Assembly (NCBI GenBank): GCA_963669175.1
Contig: OY769902.1
Coordinates: 480,001-544,000, forward strand
Length of the DNA: 64,000 nucleotides
Origin: a bacterium
GTDB lineage: Bacteria > Electryoneota > Electryoneia > Electryoneales > Electryoneaceae
Direction of reading: 5' to 3'
The position numbers and the translations under genes were made by a program. Positions 57,429-64,000 of this stretch are shown one piece after another (positions within the stretch are counted from its first letter, which is position 1; each line of letters begins with the position of its first letter). Under the pieces are notes generated by a model. The model worked only from the letters and a program-made list of their open reading frames with translations. It did not search any database and had not been told where the DNA came from.

Positions 57429-58463
57429 ATGTTTCATCCATTGGCTTCCAACCCGGACGGCAAACGTCACTACGGCAAGGCGATCAATCTGGGTTCGCTG
57501 AAACAGCGGGTGTTGAGCGATGTCAGCGCCGGGGTGGAAACCATCCAAAACGAAGCCGCACAATTCCGTGCCAAGGCCACCGTGAAACAGGATACCTGCC
57601 CGCTCTGCCATTCCACCAATGCCCGCCCCTATATCGAGGTGCATGGGTATCCTTATTACCGCTGCCCTGAATGTGAACTGGTATTCCTGTACGAACGCCT
57701 GAGCGCAACCGACCTGATCGACTACTGGGCACAATCCTTTTCCGCATCCATCTACAACGACATGGAACGCTGGGAATTGCGTCGCGAACAGGTGGAACGT
57801 CCGAAGTACGCCTTCTTCAAGCAGGTCTGGCAGGGGCAGCCGGGCAAATGGCTGGATCTGGGGTGTGGGGCCGGACAATTGATGTCGCTGGCAAAGGCGG
57901 AAGGTTGGGATGTGCTGGGGCTGGAACTGGCGCCGGATCTGGTGGAACTGGTGGAAGGACTTGGAATGCCGGTTCACCTTGCGGACCTGTTCGGCTATTT
58001 GAAACGTGATGATGCCTGCCGTGAATGGGATGTTATTTCCGCCATCGGCTATCTTGACGCCATTGACGATGTTCACACCGATGTGAAAACCGTATCCGAA
58101 CTGCTCAAGCCAGGCGGCCTCTATTTCACCCTCAGCCCGCACTATCCGTCATTGAGTATGACACTCGCGGAAAAACGGCCTGATTCAGTGTTCCGGTACA
58201 TCTGCCCACCGGGATCAACCAACTTTTTCAGCAGACGCAGCTATCAATACATGGAAGAAACCTTCAACCTGCGAGTCGTCCACGAGTGGTACATGGGCAT
58301 GGAGGTGTACGACCTGCTGAACCACCTTGCACATGCCGGGCGTGCTGTGCCGGGTGACGAGCATTACCGTGCGGTCTGGGACGCCATGCCCGCCATGCAG
58401 CTCGCACTGGACAAGCTCGAAATGAGTGATTACGCCCATGTCATTTTCCGGAAGGAGAAATGA
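57429..58463 (+). CDS. Class I SAM methyltransferase with Zn-binding CxxC pairs
   Basis: CPLC..CPEC; WLDLGCGAG; GLEL; LKPGG. Confidence 0.85.
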   Translation: MFHPLASNPDGKRHYGKAINLGSLKQRVLSDVSAGVETIQNEAAQFRAKATVKQDTCPLCHSTNARPYIEVHGYPYYRCPECELVFLYERLSATDLIDYWAQSFSASIYNDMERWELRREQVERPKYAFFKQVWQGQPGKWLDLGCGAGQLMSLAKAEGWDVLGLELAPDLVELVEGLGMPVHLADLFGYLKRDDACREWDVISAIGYLDAIDDVHTDVKTVSELLKPGGLYFTLSPHYPSLSMTLAEKRPDSVFRYICPPGSTNFFSRRSYQYMEETFNLRVVHEWYMGMEVYDLLNHLAHAGRAVPGDEHYRAVWDAMPAMQLALDKLEMSDYAHVIFRKEK

Positions 58464-58466
58464 CCC

Positions 58467-59705
58467 ATGACTGATCAAGACAACGTCAAGATGCTGTTTG
58501 TGACCGGAATGTTCCGTTCCGGCACAACCCTGTTGACAAGGGTACTGGACGCCCACGCCAACATCACTGTGGGTGCGGACCTCTTCCTGCCCTTGTTCAA
58601 AGCCTTTCGCAATGCGGTGCAGCAGGATCTCAACCCGGCCCACTCACTTGAAGATGATGCGCCCCTGGATGATTATCATTTCCGGGGTGACAGCATTACC
58701 CTGTTTCAACGGTTGCAACAGGCTGATTTAAGTCGTCCGGTTGGCAAGCTGAACCTGCCGTTGTTGCGTGAACGGCTGGTCCACTATTCCGAGGCATTTG
58801 CTCCGAAAGTAGTGCCCTATCTCGCCAACCTCGAGGGTGATACTTACTTCGACCTGTTGAACCATGCATGGCAGGGATTGCAGCGTGGTATGGGCAAGGA
58901 AACCGTGATTCACGCAGGCTTCAAGGCGACCTGGTCCAGCGAGTTCACCCCGCATATCCTGAACGCTTTTCCTGATGCGCATGTGATCCAGATTGTACGT
59001 GACCCGCGCGCTACGGCAGCATCTTCCAACGTCCGCGAGACGGACAAATACCCCCTGATCTTCCTGGCCCGGCAGTGGCGGAAACTGGCGAACCTGGCCT
59101 GGTTGTACGGTGGTGAAGACTCGCCGAAACGTGATCCACGCGTGTTGTTGATCCAGTTTGAGGATCTGGTGCAGAATGAACGTGACGTTTCTGAACGAAT
59201 TTGTGAATTCCTGGATGTTCCCTTTGACCCGGCGATGGTGAAAGCGGATGAGTTCCGTGACGGTGACGGCAAACCCTGGGTACAAAACACCAGTTACACG
59301 GAAGCGAAAAAGGGCTTCAATACGGCTGTCATCGACAAGTGGCGCAAGGTGCTGGAACCCGCGCATGTGCGTTTTATCGAACAGCTTGCCCAGCTTGAAA
59401 TGAAACGATTCGGCTATAAACCTGAATTCGCAACGGAGCCGGGTTTTGAAGCGGACGACATCCTGAAACCGCCTGTCCTGGGGAAAGAGCTGCTGGCGGA
59501 CTGGATTCAGCCGTATTCCCTGACGGAACGTGATGATGTGATTGGTGAAATGGCGCTGGAGGAGTGGCGGTATCGTTTGATCTCGCAACGAGAACCGGTG
59601 CCCGACACGGTTAAGCAGGCGGTGACGCTGGATGAAGCTGTCTATGCTATGCTGGGAGCTGCGGGAAAGAAAAACTCCCGACTCGAAATCGGCTTCACTG
59701 TTTGA
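58467..59705 (+). CDS. Sulfotransferase (P-loop family)
   Basis: VTGMFRSGTTLL...L.AH; IVRDPRA..AS; FEDLV; ICEFL. Confidence 0.9.
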   Translation: MTDQDNVKMLFVTGMFRSGTTLLTRVLDAHANITVGADLFLPLFKAFRNAVQQDLNPAHSLEDDAPLDDYHFRGDSITLFQRLQQADLSRPVGKLNLPLLRERLVHYSEAFAPKVVPYLANLEGDTYFDLLNHAWQGLQRGMGKETVIHAGFKATWSSEFTPHILNAFPDAHVIQIVRDPRATAASSNVRETDKYPLIFLARQWRKLANLAWLYGGEDSPKRDPRVLLIQFEDLVQNERDVSERICEFLDVPFDPAMVKADEFRDGDGKPWVQNTSYTEAKKGFNTAVIDKWRKVLEPAHVRFIEQLAQLEMKRFGYKPEFATEPGFEADDILKPPVLGKELLADWIQPYSLTERDDVIGEMALEEWRYRLISQREPVPDTVKQAVTLDEAVYAMLGAAGKKNSRLEIGFTV

Positions 59706-59709
59706 ACAA

Positions 59710-59984
59710 GACTCACAGGATCACTTTGACTCACAGGATATTAGGATGATAGGATATAAAGGATAACTACTTATTAAACGTAAAGAACTAATGGGATAAT
59801 AACTGTTTGTATTTACAGGATGGGTAGGATACTAAGGATAGCAAGGATAAAACCTTTTTGAACATTGATTAAAAACTTCTTTGATTTTGTATTACCAAAA
59901 TGTTGTATTTTCATCCTTCAGTTATCCTATTATCCTAATATCCTGTTAAGCTTTCTTTGCGCCTTTGCGTCTTTGCGTGAAACA
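59710..59984 (+). repeat. Composite AGGAT/ATCCT/CTTTGCG intergenic element, copy 5 (longest)
   Basis: ACTCACAGGAT x2...TTTACAGGATGGGTAGGATACTAAGGATAGCAAGGATAA...ATCCTTCAGTTATCCTATTATCCTAATATCCTGTTAAG-CTTTCTTTGCGCCTTTGCGTCTTTGCGTGAAACA. Confidence 0.9.
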
Positions 59985-60011
59985 AGTCGTTTGATTCTTC
60001 ATGAGGGAGTT

Positions 60012-61358
60012 ATGCCGAAGAACCGCATGATAGAAGAGCTGAAACAGTTGCATCCCCTGCGTTGGGCGCCGGTATCACCGGAGACCGATAAGGGCGTTGA
60101 GCTGCTGAAAACGATGCTCGATTTCGAGGTGTTTGAATACGCATCCGGGGCTGAGGTCAACGGTTGGGTTGTCCCTCAAAGCTGGTACCCGGTCAAGGCC
60201 GAAATCCGTAAGGATGGCGAGCTCATCTATGACGGCATGCGGCACCCCTTGGGCGTGATTGGCTATTCCTCCAGTTTCCAGGGCAAGGTCAGCCTCGAAG
60301 AACTCAAGCAGCATCTGTTTTCCCGTCCTGCACGTCCCAATGCGCTGGTCTATCATTTCCGTCTCTATTACCGTAACGCCTGGGACAGCAACTGGGGTTT
60401 CTCCATGCCCTGGAACCAGGTGCAGACTTTGCCCGAAGGCGAGTACGAGGTCGACCTGCAGACAGTCCACGAACCCGGCACCATGAAAGTCCTCGAAGCC
60501 ACACTGCCCGGCGAAACCACCGACACCATCGCCCTGACCGCGCATAACTGCCACGCCGCACAATCCAATGATGACCTGGTCGGGGTGGTCGCAGGTATGG
60601 AGATCATGCGACACCTGGCCGAGCTGCCCAAGCGACGTTACACGTACCGTCTGATCATCGGTGCGGAACATTTCGGGCCGGTATTTTACCTGGCGAATCG
60701 AGACAGGAACGTGCTGGATACTTTCCGTGGCAACATCTTCCTCGAAGTCCTGGGGCATCAGAACCGTCTCGCCCTACAACGCAGTTTCAATGGCGATACG
60801 ATCCTTGACCGGGCTGCGGAACATGTCCTGAAACATCGTGACCCGCGTGCCTATGTAGGCGATTTCCGTAAAGTGATCGGCAATGACGAGGTGGCCTGGG
60901 AAGCGCCCGGTTACGAGATCCCGACCATCCTGTTAACCCGTGCCGAACCGATGCCCCTGACCAGTGAAGGCGTGCTCCATTTCCCGGAATACCATACCTC
61001 CATGGACAATCCAGACATCATCCAACCGGAGATGCTGGAGGATGCAGTCGAGGCTACACTTGCTATTCTTGACGTGCTCGAGACCAATACGGCGATGGAG
61101 CGCAAGTTTGACGGACTGGTCGCTTTATCCAACCCGACATACGACCTGTATATCAACACGCTGGACGCCTCCAAAGGGGAAGCTCTGCCGGAAGTGCAGT
61201 TCGAATGGTTCAACCTGATGGATCGTCTGCCACGCTATCTGGACGGCTCCATGACCATTCTCGATATCGCCCTGAAACACGATCTGCCCTATGATCAGGT
61301 GAAAGAATATATCCTTCGATGGGAGGAGAAAAAGCTGCTTCAAAGAATTAAGAATTAA
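60012..61358 (+). CDS. DUF4910-family aminopeptidase-like protein of glycan loci, with C-terminal winged helix
   Basis: GGGAG RBS; W.VP..W, L.V.GYS, YY...WGF, H.CH...ND.L.G, G.DE, PEYHTS.D, DG...LDIA. Confidence 0.8.
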   Translation: MPKNRMIEELKQLHPLRWAPVSPETDKGVELLKTMLDFEVFEYASGAEVNGWVVPQSWYPVKAEIRKDGELIYDGMRHPLGVIGYSSSFQGKVSLEELKQHLFSRPARPNALVYHFRLYYRNAWDSNWGFSMPWNQVQTLPEGEYEVDLQTVHEPGTMKVLEATLPGETTDTIALTAHNCHAAQSNDDLVGVVAGMEIMRHLAELPKRRYTYRLIIGAEHFGPVFYLANRDRNVLDTFRGNIFLEVLGHQNRLALQRSFNGDTILDRAAEHVLKHRDPRAYVGDFRKVIGNDEVAWEAPGYEIPTILLTRAEPMPLTSEGVLHFPEYHTSMDNPDIIQPEMLEDAVEATLAILDVLETNTAMERKFDGLVALSNPTYDLYINTLDASKGEALPEVQFEWFNLMDRLPRYLDGSMTILDIALKHDLPYDQVKEYILRWEEKKLLQRIKN

Positions 61359-61372
61359 AAATTAAGAATTAA
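61343..61372 (+). repeat. AAGAATT heptamer tandem x4 overlapping the stop codon
   Basis: AAGAATT AAGAATT AAAAATT AAGAATT. Confidence 0.7.
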
Positions 61373-61457
61373 TGGTTCACTGGTTTGAATCCTCTGTTTG
61401 TCAAGTTTGAGTCAGCCTGACTGGAGTTGTAGGACGAGGCGTATTGCACAGACCGTT

Positions 61458-61500
61458 TGGCCCGACTGCTTGCTGTCGGGTTTCGAGTCTTTCACTTTTT
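61458..61500 (+). repeat. 43-bp direct repeat (hairpin + T tract), identical copy at 62224-62266
   Basis: TGGCCCGACTGCTTGCTGTCGGGTTTCGAGTCTTTCACTTTTT at both sites. Confidence 0.9.
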
Positions 61501-61592
61501 TTCACTGTCTACTTTTTTCACTTTTTTCTTTGAACAAACAAAAATCCCCACATGAATCCATGCAGGGATGAAAAATCTATTGTAATCAGCAA

Positions 61593-61958
61593 CTACCTGA
61601 GTCCACGCCGCTGACGTTGACGTTGCTGACGTTCACGCTCCCCCAGCACAATCTGCACACGTGTTTCACCACGCGCTTCAACGAACAAAGCAGTGCGTGT
61701 GCTTCCCACGCCACGGCTGCGTACGCTCAACAGGGCGCGTCCCTCATACTGCGCCAGATCGAAGGAGAAGAGACCACGCTCGCTGGTACGTGCCTGTACA
61801 GTACGAACTCCCGCATTTGTCATGACGTTTATCTGTACCACAGCTCCGGCAATGCCAGTCCCACGAGCATCCACAACCTGCCCGACAACTTCCCCGGCTA
61901 CAGCGCCCGCAACCAGTACCCCGATCAGCGCCGCTACAAACATCAGCTTTTTAACCAT
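61593..61958 (-). CDS. Small secreted protein with carboxypeptidase-regulatory-like beta-sandwich and Arg/Gln-rich tail
   Basis: Signal peptide MVKKLMFVAALIGVLVAGAVA; G.VVD..G..I.GA.V...T...G.F; GGAG RBS. Confidence 0.7.
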   Translation of the reverse strand: MVKKLMFVAALIGVLVAGAVAGEVVGQVVDARGTGIAGAVVQINVMTNAGVRTVQARTSERGLFSFDLAQYEGRALLSVRSRGVGSTRTALFVEARGETRVQIVLGERERQQRQRQRRGLR

Positions 61959-62266
61959 TTTCACTCCCCGGTTCGCGTTGTTGACCACTTTTAAATAGTA
62001 GTGCGAAATACTTCAAAAAACAATATTATCCTTTCAGTAATTCTCTGTTTCACTGTAGGATAGATGTGACTCGGTCACAAGTTTTTTGAAGAGGATTCTG
62101 TCTTGTTGGGCAACCACTGCGTGGTTGAAAAGAGGTATCCGATTCTCTCACAGGGGCGTGCCAAACTGACGACCCGACCCTGTGCTGTGTTCGGTAGTCC
62201 CTGCGGGATTATGACAGCTCGTGTGGCCCGACTGCTTGCTGTCGGGTTTCGAGTCTTTCACTTTTT

Positions 62267-62598
62267 GGTTCCTCGCACGAATTTGTGCATCCAGGCAAAG
62301 TTGTGGCAGGTCTTGACGCGACATTCCGTTTTCGGCTTTCGCTATGTATTTCTGAATGCACATGATACTGAAACCACCTCTCGTCCTGTTATTGTCGCGT
62401 TGTGACCTGCCACCGGTACCAGCACTCTAGCTGTCGTCAGGTCACTATGTGATGCCTGATGACGATCTATCATGCGAAATAGCAGCTGTGAAGTCGGACA
62501 GGTGTCTGAAATTGCGGAGAAGAACAAGAAAAAGGCATCACATCAAGACCTGACGAAACGTGCTCGTCGATAATATGCACAAATTCTTGTGAGCAGCC
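62267..62598 (-). mobile_element. MITE-like element, copy 2 (inverted relative to 15135-15466)
   Basis: GGTTCCTCGCACGAATTTGTGCAT...ATGCACAAATTCTTGTGAGCAGCC; interior differs from copy 1 only by scattered substitutions. Confidence 0.8.
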
Positions 62599-62690
62599 AT
62601 AATTTTCTCAGTAAAAAACATTGTTTTCATCTTGGACATATATTTCTATCCTGTCCATCTTGTGAATGCAGTCCATCCAGTAAGTGCAAT

Positions 62691-63188
62691 TCATTCTGTC
62701 GAAGAGTTCTCTTCAAACCGTTTATCCGCCTGTTCCACATCGGAGGGAATACGATCCAGCCATCCGGCACGGCTGTCAGGAAGCGCTTCGAAGCGTGGCA
62801 CATAGGGTTTGATATCCAGAATCGGGGTGCCATCCAGCAAATCCACTCCCTTGATCGTAAGGACACAACCTTCCACCTTGACCACTTCCACCAGGTGCAG
62901 ACCAATCGGGTTGGGACGTGAAGGCGCACGAGTGGCGAACAGCCCACGTTCAACTGTATCCCGGTACGGAACCACTTTCGGGCGCCACCCCCCGGACTTG
63001 TGCAGCCAGCTTAACAGCCAGACATGTCCGAAGAGACCGACATCATCGAGTGCGTTACGGTATGCTTCATCAAGCACAACCTGTCCTTCAACATCTTTGC
63101 CGTAACGCGGTTGAATGGGTGTGCCATATTGTTCTTTGAAAGGTGTGTGAATGATCCCGATTGGGGTTACCTGGAACTTATCACGCAT
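62691..63188 (-). CDS. trmO: tRNA (m6t6A37) methyltransferase TrmO/TsaA
   Basis: PIG.I.TPF....P.Q, G.FATR.P.RPNPIG, GVD.LDGTP.LDIKPY. Confidence 0.92.
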   Translation of the reverse strand: MRDKFQVTPIGIIHTPFKEQYGTPIQPRYGKDVEGQVVLDEAYRNALDDVGLFGHVWLLSWLHKSGGWRPKVVPYRDTVERGLFATRAPSRPNPIGLHLVEVVKVEGCVLTIKGVDLLDGTPILDIKPYVPRFEALPDSRAGWLDRIPSDVEQADKRFEENSSTE

Positions 63189-63320
63189 GTTGCCTCCCCC
63201 ACCTGAAAAAGTTTGTTTTTTTACAAAGACAATATACGCAATGATTAATTCATCTGTAACTTATAGTATACCAACAAGATGTCCACTTCATGGTACACAA
63301 ACTCTTTTCCGGAGGTTGCC

Positions 63321-63566
63321 ATGGCATCCTGTGAATTGACGGATCGATGTGCGTTCTTCAACGACAAACTGCCTGACCACAAAGGGCTTGCTGAAACGAT
63401 GAAAGCGCAGTATTGCAAAGGCAATTGGAAAGCCTGCGCCCGTTACATCATCTCTCAGAAACTGGGGCGACGGCAGGTTCCCATTAACCTTTACCCTGAC
63501 ATGATCGAACAGGCCGAAAAGCTGCTGGTCCTGCGAAAAGGTTCAGTATCTGCCTACAACCCCTGA
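63321..63566 (+). CDS. Small Cys-rich hypothetical protein
   Basis: GGAGG RBS; C-x5-C.FF...YC-x6-CARY...VP..LYP pattern. Confidence 0.75.
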   Translation: MASCELTDRCAFFNDKLPDHKGLAETMKAQYCKGNWKACARYIISQKLGRRQVPINLYPDMIEQAEKLLVLRKGSVSAYNP

Positions 63567-63602
63567 TGATTCTGCGAAGAATAATGTCAGACAATTCAGT
63601 TC

Positions 63603-63856
63603 CGTCAGGTCTTGACGTGGTGCAGTTACTGGAGAGGTATAATGTCGAAGCTCTATAACTTTTTCAAAATAGAATCGAGCTTCTGTTGTTGATTACATTG
63701 CAGCACGTTGTGACCTGACGATCTGACATGACTCTCGCGAAGTGGCAGGTCACAACACGACAAGATAAAGATTTTATATTTGATTTCTCATGACAGATCC
63801 CTGAACAGGCAATTTCAAGTAACCTGACCAACATGTCGCGTCAAGACCTGCCACAA
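63603..63856. repeat. Two GTCAGGTC/GGCAGGTC REP doublets with the same four-arm layout as the MITE interior but different spacers
   Basis: CGTCAGGTCTTGACGTG..., GTTGTGACCTGACG, GTGGCAGGTCACAAC, ATGTCGCGTCAAGACCTGCCACAAC. Confidence 0.8.
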
Positions 63857-64000
63857 CGAAATATGATTCTGCTCTGAAAACTCGACACCAGAGAATGAGC
63901 AAAACGTGATGTGCATCAAAGCATCATATGTTTTATTATGTGCAGTTTAGTATATGCTTGGGTGGGCACCGAAGCAGACGAGGAAGATCCCGTGCGATCG

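Noticed and set aside
59865-60011. N-terminal extensions of ORF-track calls (also 26276-26350, 32639-32668, and ORF 46854-47144)
   Set aside because: These starts lie in the CTTTGCG repeat or AT-rich core; downstream starts, most with a clear RBS, fit better.
2510-60758. Numerous long antisense ORFs (e.g. 2510-3424, 16493-17650, 34253-35677, 39064-40086)
   Set aside because: Shadow frames of well-supported GC-rich genes on the opposite strand, with no motifs.
63955-64000. Possible cobalamin riboswitch or RNase P start (GAGGAAG..CC.GTGCGA)
   Set aside because: Poor match to the consensus and truncated by the window edge; could equally be coding sequence.

Overview
64-kb bacterial chromosomal window, mostly mid-to-high-50s % GC in coding DNA by eye. 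Secreted proteins ending in T9SS/Por-type C-terminal sorting domains suggest an FCB-superphylum lineage (inference). Left third: two secreted beta-helix proteins plus an orphan sorting-domain remnant, an iscS-iscU(DUF59)-iscU operon, a divergent MarR-TolC-MFP-RND efflux operon, a methyltransferase/ATP-grasp fusion and nadE. About 19.9-61.4 kb is a large divergent glycan-biosynthesis island. It holds TPR-bearing multidomain glycosyltransferases, sulfotransferases, many methyltransferases, a complete pseudaminic-acid pathway (pseB,C,G,I,H,F-like), a HisH/HisF/N-acetyl-sugar amidotransferase module and a redox pair, with sigma54-type promoters. No polymerase or export genes were recognised. Right end: trmO/tsaA and small hypothetical genes. 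No rRNA, tRNA, CRISPR, transposase, integrase or reverse transcriptase was recognised. The most striking unexplained signal is non-coding: intergenic DNA carries at least six families of palindromic or repeated elements. One is a ~150-275 bp composite (CAGGAT)n...(ATCCT)n-(CTTTGCG)n-TGAAAC element that starts just after stop codons and is co-oriented with transcription, dividing the island into cassette-like units. Another is a ~330 bp MITE-like element present in two inverted copies. All protein calls come from motifs recognised by eye, not from database searches.
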